Positions 7,262-16,120 of a stretch of 32,000 bases of DNA are shown here, one piece after another (position 1 is the first letter of the stretch; each line of letters opens with the position of its first letter). The notes beneath the pieces were generated by a model. The model saw nothing but the letters and a program-made list of their open reading frames with translations. It did no database searches and was not told the origin of the DNA. The DNA lies in NCBI RefSeq assembly GCF_000018465.1, contig NC_010085.1, positions 1,590,001 through 1,622,000 of the forward strand, read 5' to 3'. The translations under genes were made by a program, and so were the position numbers. The stretch comes from Nitrosopumilus maritimus SCM1. GTDB lineage: Archaea; Thermoproteota; Nitrososphaeria; Nitrososphaerales; Nitrosopumilaceae.

Positions 7262-8155
7262 ATGCTTACTGTTTTTGGTTCAACAGCACTAGACACAATT
7301 AGAACTCCAAAAAAAACACTAAAGAATGTTTTAGGAGGAGCTGCAACTTTTGCTGCAATCTCTGCAAGTAATTTTGTAGATACAGGACTAATTGCAGTTG
7401 TAGGAAAAGATTTTCCAAAACAACACCACAAAACTCTATCAAAATATCTTGATTTAGAAGGATTATCCATTAAAAATGGAAAAACATTTCGTTATGATGG
7501 AAAGTATGATGATACATTAAGTACTAGATCAACACTAAAAACAGAACTAAATGTGCTAGCAGATTTCAAACCTACAGTACCTGAGGCATATAGAAAATCT
7601 CAATTCGTGTATTTAGCAAATAATGATCCTGAACAAAATACGGCATTAATCAAAGAATTCGATAAAGTAAAATTTTCTATGTGCGATACAATTGATTTTT
7701 GGATTTCAACTAAGAGAAATGCGGTAATCAAGATGATAAAATCTGTAGATGCAGTTGTGATTAATGATGAAGAAGCTAAACTTCTCACAAAAGAATTCAA
7801 CTTGATAAAATGTGCAAAAAAAATGATGCAATGGGGCGCAAAGTATGTTATTATTAAAAAAGGAGAACATGGTTCGCTCATGTTTTACGATGACGTTATC
7901 TTTCCAACTGCGGGTTTTTCATTAGAGGATGTAGTAGATCCTACAGGTGCAGGAGACTCTTTTGCAGGTGCCATGATAGGTTATCTAGCAAGTAAAAAAT
8001 CAACTAGTCTATCTGAGATCAAAAAAGCAGTGATATATGGTAATGTTTTAGGTTCATTTGCAGTTGAAAAATATGGATTGGAAGGTTTGCTGAAGATCAA
8101 AAATGGAGACATTACAAAAAGAGTCAAGATGTATGAAAAAATGATCAGATTCTAA
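7262..8155 (+). CDS. PfkB-family carbohydrate/nucleoside kinase (ribokinase fold)
   Basis: DPTGAGDSFAGAMIGYL is the PfkB signature-2 motif (anion hole and catalytic Asp). 297 aa. Confidence 0.85.
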   Translation: MLTVFGSTALDTIRTPKKTLKNVLGGAATFAAISASNFVDTGLIAVVGKDFPKQHHKTLSKYLDLEGLSIKNGKTFRYDGKYDDTLSTRSTLKTELNVLADFKPTVPEAYRKSQFVYLANNDPEQNTALIKEFDKVKFSMCDTIDFWISTKRNAVIKMIKSVDAVVINDEEAKLLTKEFNLIKCAKKMMQWGAKYVIIKKGEHGSLMFYDDVIFPTAGFSLEDVVDPTGAGDSFAGAMIGYLASKKSTSLSEIKKAVIYGNVLGSFAVEKYGLEGLLKIKNGDITKRVKMYEKMIRF

Positions 8156-8194
8156 AAAGACTTAAGTTCAATAATTTCTCAAATTAATTTATCA

Positions 8195-8542
8195 TTGTCA
8201 CAAGAAGTAACTGAAGACAGACTAGATACAATTTTTCAACTTCAAAAAGGATTATCAGAAATGATGAAGCTGGACAGATATCCAAAAGATGCAGAAGGAC
8301 GAGTATCTGCATTATCTACTGCAATAATGCATGAAGCAGTAGAATTGCAAAGAACTACCAACTGGAAATGGTGGAAAACGCCAACAAAATTCAATGAGGC
8401 TGAAGCAAGAGAAGAGTTAATCGATATTTGGCATTTTGTAGTTCAAGCATCACTGGAGTTAGATCTCACACCAGATGATATTGTAGCTGAATACAAAAAG
8501 AAAAATGAGATCAATAGAGAAAGACAAAGAAATGGATATTAA
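8195..8542 (+). CDS. all-alpha NTP pyrophosphohydrolase (dimeric dUTPase / MazG-like)
   Basis: 115 aa. AIMHEAVELQRTTNWKWWK and ELIDIWHFVVQ resemble the metal-binding helices of the dimeric dUTPase/MazG superfamily. TTG start. Confidence 0.55.
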   Translation: MSQEVTEDRLDTIFQLQKGLSEMMKLDRYPKDAEGRVSALSTAIMHEAVELQRTTNWKWWKTPTKFNEAEAREELIDIWHFVVQASLELDLTPDDIVAEYKKKNEINRERQRNGY

Positions 8543-8546
8543 GAAA

Positions 8547-9014
8547 TTATAGTTTTTTAGAAATTACTTCAAGATTAGTTTCATCAATCAAATCAACAAT
8601 TGAAATATTTTTTTGAAAATATTCTATCATATCTTTAGAAACTGTAAGATAAGGATCTGGACTAACTGAATTAATTATTCTAGAATTTTTATCAATTCCA
8701 TTTTTGTGTAATTGTAATAATGAATGACCAGATTTATGACCCCAAACTTCTTTCCCACAAAGAATTATTTTTGTTATATTCTTGTTTTCATAAACATACT
8801 GTATCATACTATCAATTCCCTTATTCTCTGAAAATAGTCTTCCAATAATTGCCACCTTAGACAATAATTCTGAATCCTTCAAATCATCAAGTAGAGAGAT
8901 GCTTGCAAGTGTGCATATTGCAATTTGTGAATTGGGATTTCCAAGATAAAATTCCTGTTTTATAGGCAGAACAACCTTACAAATTTCTCCAATAATGTTT
9001 CCAAGGCTATTCAT
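8547..9014 (-). CDS. soluble MtrA-like protein (tetrahydromethanopterin S-methyltransferase subunit A family, corrinoid-binding type) lacking the C-terminal TM helix
   Basis: EFYLGNPNSQIAICTLAS ... FSENKGIDSMIQYVYENKNITKIILCGKEVWGHKSGHSLLQLHKNGID ... IVDLID aligns by eye block-for-block with methanogen MtrA as I remember it. This includes the GKEV.GH segment that holds the cobalt-ligating His. Its ATG overlaps the DegT stop codon by 8 nt. Confidence 0.7.
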   Translation of the reverse strand: MNSLGNIIGEICKVVLPIKQEFYLGNPNSQIAICTLASISLLDDLKDSELLSKVAIIGRLFSENKGIDSMIQYVYENKNITKIILCGKEVWGHKSGHSLLQLHKNGIDKNSRIINSVSPDPYLTVSKDMIEYFQKNISIVDLIDETNLEVISKKL

Positions 9015-10140
9015 TTACTAAATCACGCACAGTTTTTGCGATATATTCAACATTTTTGGCAGACACGTTTGGATGAACAGGTAATGACAGAACATGTTTT
9101 GATGCCCAATCAGTATTTGTTAATTTTGATTTTATTTTGTAGATAGGAATTTTATGAACTGGTATTGGATAATAGACTGCAGCCCCAATTCCTTTTGAGT
9201 TTAATTTCTTCAAAATCGAATCTCTATTTTGTGTAGTGATGGTGTACAATCCCCAGTTGAATTTTTCATTTTTTCCCTCAATAGGAATTTTTATTTTTGT
9301 ATCAGATAATAAATCAGATAGTAATTTTGCATTACATCTTCTTGATTGAATAAACTTTGGTAATTTTTTAATTTGGATTTTAGCTATTGCTGCATTAATT
9401 TCAGGCAGTCTCAGATTTAATCCAAATATTTTAGAATCGTATCCTTTAACCATTCCATGATTTCTAATCATCTGTAATTTCTCATAGAGTTTTTTACTAT
9501 TAGTAACTATAACACCACCTTCGCCAGAAGTAATAACTTTTCCAGGATACAAACTATAACACCCAAGTTCAAAAAATGTTCCAGTTTGTTTTCCTTTTAA
9601 CGTAGAACCAAGTGACTGTGCAGCATCCTCAATTATTGAAAGATTATGTTTTTTTGCAATTTCTTTAATTCTATCAAGTGACGATATATGACCATACAAG
9701 TGTACTGGCATTATTGCTTTGGTTTTTCTAGTGATTTTTTTTGTAATGGATTCGGGATCAATTGTAAAATTCTCTTTTAAAATGTCTGCAAAAACAGGTT
9801 TTGCACCAGTAGAAGCAATAGCATTTGCACTAGCAACAAATGTAAAAGAAGGAACAATTACTTCATCTCCTTTTTTGATATCAAGTGCATATAGTGCTGC
9901 TTGTAATGCAGCAGTACCAGTATTTACTGAAACAGCGTATTTAGTTTTAACAAAAGATCTGATTGATTTTTCAAATTCCTGTACATTTTTTCCTCCATCT
10001 TTTGAGGCAGAAGTGAGTCCGCCTGATTTTACTACTGAGACTACGGCTGAAAGTTCTTCTTTGCCTAAAATAGGTGTGTTAATTGGAATTTTCACAAATT
10101 TTGTCCTTAGTACTAGTGTATAAAGACAATTACTACGCAT
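9007..10140 (-). CDS. DegT/DnrJ/EryC1/StrS-family PLP-dependent (sugar) aminotransferase
   Basis: IPINTPILGKEE at the N-terminus, EDAAQSLGS, and SLYPGKVITSGEGG (PLP lysine). The true start may be GTG at 10095 (VKIPINTP) rather than ATG 10140. Confidence 0.9.
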   Translation of the reverse strand: MRSNCLYTLVLRTKFVKIPINTPILGKEELSAVVSVVKSGGLTSASKDGGKNVQEFEKSIRSFVKTKYAVSVNTGTAALQAALYALDIKKGDEVIVPSFTFVASANAIASTGAKPVFADILKENFTIDPESITKKITRKTKAIMPVHLYGHISSLDRIKEIAKKHNLSIIEDAAQSLGSTLKGKQTGTFFELGCYSLYPGKVITSGEGGVIVTNSKKLYEKLQMIRNHGMVKGYDSKIFGLNLRLPEINAAIAKIQIKKLPKFIQSRRCNAKLLSDLLSDTKIKIPIEGKNEKFNWGLYTITTQNRDSILKKLNSKGIGAAVYYPIPVHKIPIYKIKSKLTNTDWASKHVLSLPVHPNVSAKNVEYIAKTVRDLVNE

Positions 10141-10160
10141 GAATTTTTATATTTCAAAAT

Positions 10161-10748
10161 TTGGCAATCGGCATAATGAAATCACGTCATCTAGAAAAGA
10201 CAGACAAAGGGTACAAAGTTTTTCTGTATATTTTCTATGTTTGTGGATTCATCATGGGATCATCACTAATCTTTGGGGTATATGTGACAATGATTGAATG
10301 GATGGAAAATGGAACATATGTAATGGGAGAAGCCATTCATAATACAACAATACCGTTTGAAAATTTTGCAAGAGTATCAACTTGGATATTTTTTTCTACA
10401 ATAATTGGTTGGTATTGTGTATCTAGAATAGGTTGGAGAAGAACTGCAGGAAATAAAATTGTTGGAACACGAATGGCGTTATTACAATTAATGTTACTAG
10501 GATTTTCAATTATTACATTGTTTGAAGTAATGTACAACTTTTCAGTATTAACTGCTCAGATTTCTGCAGGAATAGTTGATGGAATACTACCAGATATTGA
10601 CAAATTATCAATTGCATATCCAGACCCAGATCGGCCTTGGAATACAATTTTTGCAATCAAAATGTTTCTAGCAGCGTTCATCATTAGTACTCATGCATTC
10701 TATCTGAGTACAAAACCTAGAAAGCTGTTAGATGAACCAGAAGTTTAG
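10161..10748 (+). CDS. integral membrane protein (hypothetical)
   Basis: 195 aa with about 5 TM helices and no recognised motif. ATG at 10176 (MKSRHLEK) is an alternative to TTG 10161. Confidence 0.6.
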   Translation: MAIGIMKSRHLEKTDKGYKVFLYIFYVCGFIMGSSLIFGVYVTMIEWMENGTYVMGEAIHNTTIPFENFARVSTWIFFSTIIGWYCVSRIGWRRTAGNKIVGTRMALLQLMLLGFSIITLFEVMYNFSVLTAQISAGIVDGILPDIDKLSIAYPDPDRPWNTIFAIKMFLAAFIISTHAFYLSTKPRKLLDEPEV

Positions 10749-10796
10749 TTTTTTGAAAATTTTAAGACTTTTCTTTGAGTATGCTGTAATATAATC

Positions 10797-10985
10797 ATGG
10801 GATTATTTGGTAGAAATAAAAATGAATTAAAATGTAAAAAATGTGGGACAGTACTTTCAGATTCAGAGAGATTAAAAAAACATCAAGAAATAGCCCATAA
10901 CAAGAAAAAAGAAAAATGCAGAGTTTGTGGAACAGAATTTAACACTCAAGAAGATTTGAGAAAACATAAAAAAAATTGTAAATAG
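10797..10985 (+). CDS. small protein with two classical C2H2-type zinc fingers
   Basis: CKKCGTVLSDSERLKKHQEIAH has the pattern C-x2-C-x12-H-x4-H. CRVCGTEFNTQEDLRKHKKNC has the pattern C-x2-C-x12-H-x3-C. 62 aa, lysine-rich. Confidence 0.7.
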   Translation: MGLFGRNKNELKCKKCGTVLSDSERLKKHQEIAHNKKKEKCRVCGTEFNTQEDLRKHKKNCK

Positions 10986-10993
10986 ATTTTTGA

Positions 10994-11203
10994 TTATTCA
11001 GAAAGTCCTGATTCATACTTTGGCTGTCGTTTGAGAGCCTTTTCGATTGCTTCTAGATTTTTTATCTCATTTTTTGAGTTCATAGTCAGAGTTTTGATCA
11101 TTTCTGTGCCTAATTGTACGGATTGTTCAGGTAATGTCTCTAAGAATTTCTCAAGACCTTTTTTGTAATTTTCAATTAATTCCAATCCTTCTTCAAGAGT
11201 CAT
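10994..11203 (-). CDS. small helical hypothetical protein
   Basis: 69-aa ORF with an ATG start and charged helical sequence. It does not overlap better-supported genes. Confidence 0.45.
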   Translation of the reverse strand: MTLEEGLELIENYKKGLEKFLETLPEQSVQLGTEMIKTLTMNSKNEIKNLEAIEKALKRQPKYESGLSE

Positions 11204-11297
11204 AACAATAATTGAGATATCTTCTATTCAAAGGTTCTAATTTTTCAAAAATTCTTTGAATAACTTTATACGTTTACTACTCAAAAGTTGATTTGGT

Positions 11298-12344
11298 TTG
11301 GACATAACTGAAAAAGTAGATTTGATTGAAAGACCACCTACAGAAGAAGTTGTTACACGTGATGAATTAACTGAGTTGTTTAAAACAAATTCATCTCCAA
11401 AGCATTACATTGGTTTAGAGATTTCTGGTTTTTTACATCTTGGTAGTTTAATTAGTACAGGATTCAAAATTAATGATTTTGCAAAAGCTGGTGTAAAGTG
11501 TACAATATTTCTTGCAGATTGGCACACACTAATCAATGATAAATTAGGAGGAAATTGGGAAACAATTTCAAAAGTTTCAAAATATTATCAAGATGCTTTC
11601 AAATTGGTTTGTCCTGATGCTGAAATTATTTTAGGCTCAAAACTTTATGAAGAAAAAACAGAATATTGGTCAGAGCTTGTGAAATTTACAAAACACATGT
11701 CATTAGCTAGAACAATGAGAACTCTAACAATTATGGGTCGTTCGGAAAATGAAGAAAAAATTGATGTTGCCAAATTACTTTATCCAGCAATGCAAGCAGT
11801 TGATATTCATTCTTTAGAAGTAGATATTGCACATGCGGGGATGGATCAAAGAAAAATCCACATGCTAGTCAGAGAAATATTTCCTAAAATGAAATGGAAA
11901 GTGCCAGTAGCTGTCCATCATAAATTATTGCCTGGATTATCCAAGCCTGCAGACACAAGTGATTCACAAGTTTTAGGTAAAATGAGTAAATCTGATCCAA
12001 ATTCTGGAGTCTTTATTCATAATACAGATGAGGAAATAAAGAAAAAAATGAACAAAGCTTGGTGTGAAGAGGCAAATATACAAAATAATCCACTATTAGA
12101 AATTGCAAAGACAGTGATTTTTCATGAATTTAACGAGATGAATGTAGAAAGATCTGAAAAATTTGGAGGAAACGTATCATATCAAGATTATAATCAACTT
12201 GAAATTGATTTTGCTGAAAAAAAATTACATCCAGGAGATCTAAAGCAAACAGTTGGAAATTATTTGGTAAAAATAATATCTCCAATTAGAGATAAGCTTG
12301 ATCTGACTGAAGAATTACATGAAGCAATTAAGAAAAGTTACTAA
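11298..12344 (+). CDS. tyrS: tyrosyl-tRNA synthetase (archaeal type, class I)
   Basis: HIGH-region variant GFLHLGS. LLYPAMQAVDIHSLEVDIAHAGMDQRKIHMLVREI closely parallels archaeal TyrRS. KMSKS is present (GKMSKSD). TTG is the only possible start (in-frame TGA two codons upstream). Confidence 0.85.
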   Translation: MDITEKVDLIERPPTEEVVTRDELTELFKTNSSPKHYIGLEISGFLHLGSLISTGFKINDFAKAGVKCTIFLADWHTLINDKLGGNWETISKVSKYYQDAFKLVCPDAEIILGSKLYEEKTEYWSELVKFTKHMSLARTMRTLTIMGRSENEEKIDVAKLLYPAMQAVDIHSLEVDIAHAGMDQRKIHMLVREIFPKMKWKVPVAVHHKLLPGLSKPADTSDSQVLGKMSKSDPNSGVFIHNTDEEIKKKMNKAWCEEANIQNNPLLEIAKTVIFHEFNEMNVERSEKFGGNVSYQDYNQLEIDFAEKKLHPGDLKQTVGNYLVKIISPIRDKLDLTEELHEAIKKSY

Positions 12345-13135
12345 ACTTTAAGATCTGGATTAGTCTGTTCTTCTAAATTGTATTTTGATTTGTATCCTCT
12401 TGGATTTATCATCAAATCTTTGTAAGAATATGTTGATGAATTACCCACTATTACAGTACTAGTCATTCCTAACTTGTCTGAATGATTTGGTAGATTTTCT
12501 AAATCAGTTATTACAATTGATTCAGATTCTCTATATGCACCAACAATAATTGCAACAGGTGTTGTAGGTTTTCTATATTTTAATAGAATTTTTCTAGTAT
12601 CTTGTAATTGATGGACTCTTTTCTTACTAGCAGGATTGTAAATTACAAGAACAAAATCACCTTTTGCTGCAGACTCTACCCTATTTTCAATAACTTTCCA
12701 TGGAACTAACAAATCACTCATACTTACTACTGCAAAATCAGACATTAGTGGTGAGCCAACAATAGATGCACAGGAATTTAGTGCAGACACACCTGGAACC
12801 ACTTCTACTTGTAGTCCATCTTTTGGATCCCAACCACCTTCGGCTAAAGTTTCATAGATTAGTCCAGCCATCCCATAAATTCCAGGGTCTCCACTTGATA
12901 CAAGAGAGACAATTTTTCCTGACTTTGCAAGGTCAATACATTGATGAGCTCTTTCAACTTCTTGAGTCATTGCATAACGATAAACTGTTTTTCCTTCAAT
13001 TAGATCTGAAACTAGATTTACATATGTTTCATAACCAATAATGATATCACTTTCACGAATTATTTCTTTAGCTCTAAATGTCATATGATCATTATGTCCA
13101 GGACCAACACCAACAATATTCAATTTTCCAGTCAA
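12341..13135 (-). CDS. cbiH: (cobalt-)precorrin-3B C17-methyltransferase CbiH/CobJ
   Basis: VGVGPG..MT.RA, IIGYETY, SSGDPGIYGMAGL, DFAVVSMSDLLVPW, VIYNP and MINPRGY parallel CbiH along the full length. TTG start. Confidence 0.85.
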   Translation of the reverse strand: MTGKLNIVGVGPGHNDHMTFRAKEIIRESDIIIGYETYVNLVSDLIEGKTVYRYAMTQEVERAHQCIDLAKSGKIVSLVSSGDPGIYGMAGLIYETLAEGGWDPKDGLQVEVVPGVSALNSCASIVGSPLMSDFAVVSMSDLLVPWKVIENRVESAAKGDFVLVIYNPASKKRVHQLQDTRKILLKYRKPTTPVAIIVGAYRESESIVITDLENLPNHSDKLGMTSTVIVGNSSTYSYKDLMINPRGYKSKYNLEEQTNPDLKV

Positions 13136-13179
13136 ATTTACAACAAATCATCTTGCAAGTAATTTATCCCTTTAGAGAA

Positions 13180-14646
13180 TTATTGAAAGGGATCTATGAA
13201 TGGACAGTTTACTATATGATCACTGTTAGTTGGTCGTGTTATGCTAACCGTTATCAGATCATCTGCACGGAATGAATCAATATCAGATTTTGTTTCAAGA
13301 ATTTTCGCATTTTCAGAATCATTCCATTCAATTAGATAGATTCTCCACATTGGACTGTAATTTTCATCGCCTAATGACGCTGCAGCAATTCCTGCTTGAA
13401 ATCCTAATGGACCTGTGCCTTTAATTCCATTTTTGAATTGGAAAAGATCAACTGCTCCTGAATGTGCAATTAGATTTGCTGATGTTGGAGATGAAGTTAC
13501 TCCCATCATCTCAGCCGGTCCAAATGGGGTGGCATCAGTTACAATATAGTAAATTGTTCTTCCATCAGGTCCCCATCCTCTATGAGCAACAAATGTAACA
13601 GTCATTTCTTCTTCATTAATTTCAGTAATTTGGCCTCCTCCATAGGGCATATCATCAGCAATTTCTTGATCAGCACGTACTTGCATCTGTCCACCAGGCC
13701 ATACAATATGGGGAGTGTTTAGGACAACTCCTGTTTCATCAAATTCAATTCTACCATTTTCTTCTGCTGCAATTACATCATTAGCAGATTCAAATACAAT
13801 CTCTTTTTGACCTGTCTTCCATGTTACTTCTATTACAGAAGATAATGCACTGTATTCTGATTCTTGTTGTGGAGTACTGGAAAATATTTCATTTTGGAAT
13901 CCATAGAGTCCTTCTCCTTTAACTCCATTTTTGAAAACAAATATTTTTTGTAGAGCATCTTCTGGAACGTCAGCCAAAACAGGTGCAAGTTCTACATTCC
14001 ATTCCTGTTTTTCTGATAGTTCTCTTGCATATTCTTCATCGCTTCCATCAGTAATAATGTACAAGACTTTTTCACCACCATAGATTCCTTCATGTATTGG
14101 AATTGTAGCTGGAACATTTGCTCTTGAAAGTAACGACATTGGTTCTTCTTTTTCTAATTCAATTTTTTGCATAATAACTTCAGTTGGTTGTCCTCTAATC
14201 CACCCATCAACACTTACAGTTGAAGTGAATTGTTTGGAGTTAGGAGAATGCAATCCAAGTGCAGCTCCTGTAAATTCAAAGGAACCAGACTTTTCTTGTA
14301 AATCAATTAGTGATAATCCATAAACAGTATTTCCATCAATGCTCCAAGTGGGTTGGCCTTTTGCATCATCTGAGTTAATTTCATGTAAAACAACAATTTG
14401 AACAGGTTCACTTGAGGTAAATGTCATAGAACCATCATAGATTGTGCCTTGATTAGGCGACAAAATTAGAGATAATTGATGATTCTCATGTCCCTGACCA
14501 GGATCTTGAGATGATGTAAAAGTTTGTGTAAAGTGGATCTTTTTTCTAGAACCTGCATCAGCAAATTGATCTGATAATGAGGAAGCTGTAATGATGCTTG
14601 TTGCAAAAATCCCAATAATCAATATGGCAATTAATTTTCTCAACAA
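13180..14646 (-). CDS. secreted protein with an internal domain duplication (hypothetical)
   Basis: Signal peptide LIAILIIGIFATSIITASS. Two homologous modules: (VLYIITDGS...FVFKNGVKGEGLYGFQNEI...) and (TIYYIVTDAT...FQFKNGIKGTGPLGFQAGI...YSPMWRIYLIEW...IVNCPFI). TTG start; the nearby ATG is out of frame. Confidence 0.7.
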   Translation of the reverse strand: MLRKLIAILIIGIFATSIITASSLSDQFADAGSRKKIHFTQTFTSSQDPGQGHENHQLSLILSPNQGTIYDGSMTFTSSEPVQIVVLHEINSDDAKGQPTWSIDGNTVYGLSLIDLQEKSGSFEFTGAALGLHSPNSKQFTSTVSVDGWIRGQPTEVIMQKIELEKEEPMSLLSRANVPATIPIHEGIYGGEKVLYIITDGSDEEYARELSEKQEWNVELAPVLADVPEDALQKIFVFKNGVKGEGLYGFQNEIFSSTPQQESEYSALSSVIEVTWKTGQKEIVFESANDVIAAEENGRIEFDETGVVLNTPHIVWPGGQMQVRADQEIADDMPYGGGQITEINEEEMTVTFVAHRGWGPDGRTIYYIVTDATPFGPAEMMGVTSSPTSANLIAHSGAVDLFQFKNGIKGTGPLGFQAGIAAASLGDENYSPMWRIYLIEWNDSENAKILETKSDIDSFRADDLITVSITRPTNSDHIVNCPFIDPFQ

Positions 14647-14681
14647 ATTTCATGGAGATTATTCCCTTAAATGATTTTATC

Positions 14682-16085
14682 TTAATTGATTTTATCTAAT
14701 GCAAATGCATTGTGTAATGCACGAACTGCTGCATTTGTATCAGAGTTTTTGACAACAAATGCTAGATTTAGTTCAGATGAGCCTTGAGTAATCATTGAAA
14801 CATTTACTTTGTTTTTCTCAGCTGCACCAAAAACTTTAGAGGCGACACCTACAGTTCCACGCATTCCTGAACCAATAAGTGCAATAATTGCGACATTTGT
14901 TGTAACTTCTAATTTCTTGATAATCTTTCCTAAAAGTTCCATTTCAAGTGAACTTACAGCTTTATCAAGATCAGCATTCTTAACAACTATTGTTATACTA
15001 GATTCTGAAGGATTTTGAGATATCATCATTACATTGATTCCAGCTTTTGCTAATGTTGCAAAAATTTTTGCAGCGGTACCTGGAGTTCCAACCATGCTTC
15101 CACCTTGAATATCTATTAGGCCATTGTTTCTGACATTACTAACGCATTTTACAGTGTTTTTTACAGATGGTGATGGAGAAGCTGTAACCAAAGTTCCTTC
15201 ATTTTTTAGATTAAATGAACTTCGAATCTTCATTGGAATTTTCTTTGATAACAGAGGCTCAAATGTGCGTGGGTGTATCTGTTTTGCACCAAATAATGCC
15301 ATTTCTATTGCCTCTATGTATGAAACTTCTTTGAGCAATTTTGCGTTCTTGACTATTTTTGGATCTGCAGTCATTAGACCATCAACATCACTCATCAACC
15401 AAATTTCATCTGCTTTAATGCAAGTTCCAATAATTGTTGCTGAATAATCTGAACCACCTCTTCCAAAAGTAGTAACATGGCCATGTTGATCTGCACCAAC
15501 AAAACCACCTACAACAGGTACTGTTTTCTTTGAAAAAAGATTTTCTACATTTTTTGATACTCGTAATCTGGTCGTATCAATTAGTGGTTTAGATTCACCA
15601 AAGTTAGAATCAGTTACGATTCCTACTTCTTTTCCAGTTAGAGGTACTGATTTTTTTCCTGAATCATTTACTGCCATTGAAACCAATTTTATTGATAATC
15701 GTTCACCAAATGAAAAGAGATAATCCATAGTTCTTGGAGTAACTTCACCCAATAGGACCATTCCATCAATTAATGCAACAAGTTCTGCAAAATCATCATC
15801 AAAGTTTTTTAATAATTTTTTTCGTAAATCAGCTTTTTTGATCGTTTGTTTTGCTAATTGTTTATGTCTATTAGTTATCTTTGATGCAAGTTGCTCAGCT
15901 TTTGATTTATTTTCTTTTTTTATTGATTGAGATATTTCAATTAGATCATCTGTTGTTCCACTAGTTGCAGAACATACAACTACAATTTGGTTTTTCTTTG
16001 ATAATGAATTTAGATGGTTAGCTACTGCTCGAATGTCTTTTGCAGACGAAATTGATGTTCCGCCGTATTTTATTACAAGTCTCAT
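14682..16085 (-). CDS. lysC: aspartate kinase with C-terminal ACT domains
   Basis: The N-terminus is VIKYGGTSISS, and GRGGSDYSAT is also present. Two ACT-like repeats at the C-terminus. 467 aa. Confidence 0.9.
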   Translation of the reverse strand: MRLVIKYGGTSISSAKDIRAVANHLNSLSKKNQIVVVCSATSGTTDDLIEISQSIKKENKSKAEQLASKITNRHKQLAKQTIKKADLRKKLLKNFDDDFAELVALIDGMVLLGEVTPRTMDYLFSFGERLSIKLVSMAVNDSGKKSVPLTGKEVGIVTDSNFGESKPLIDTTRLRVSKNVENLFSKKTVPVVGGFVGADQHGHVTTFGRGGSDYSATIIGTCIKADEIWLMSDVDGLMTADPKIVKNAKLLKEVSYIEAIEMALFGAKQIHPRTFEPLLSKKIPMKIRSSFNLKNEGTLVTASPSPSVKNTVKCVSNVRNNGLIDIQGGSMVGTPGTAAKIFATLAKAGINVMMISQNPSESSITIVVKNADLDKAVSSLEMELLGKIIKKLEVTTNVAIIALIGSGMRGTVGVASKVFGAAEKNKVNVSMITQGSSELNLAFVVKNSDTNAAVRALHNAFALDKIN

Positions 16086-16120
16086 TTCAAAATACCTGAA
16101 TTAGTTAATCTTTAAATGCT

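Noticed and set aside
9719-10123. 134-aa ORF antisense to the DegT aminotransferase
   Set aside because: It lies entirely inside a gene with clear PLP-enzyme motifs, and its own translation has no recognisable features.
13166-13193. Perfect 8-bp inverted repeat (ATCCCTTT-12 nt-AAAGGGAT) spanning the stop codon of the secreted-protein gene, upstream of cbiH
   Set aside because: By rough estimate, dozens of 8-bp inverted repeats with short spacers are expected by chance in 32 kb of AT-rich DNA. It is not followed by an oligo-T tract on the transcribed strand.
14809-15447. Antisense ORFs (14809..15018 and 15124..15447) inside the aspartate kinase gene
   Set aside because: They lie wholly within a strongly supported gene on the opposite strand. 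Their translations are low-complexity and hydrophobic, typical of mirror-frame ORFs. The same reasoning applies to 1805..2050, 1957..2274, 3630..3884, 7234..7470, 7600..7881, 10337..10537, 12766..13041, 13078..13275, 17865..18083, 17882..18076, 18466..18738, 21339..21602, 21873..22073, 22653..22847, 24018..24209, 27389..27595, 28291..28518, 29418..29672 and 30214..30408.
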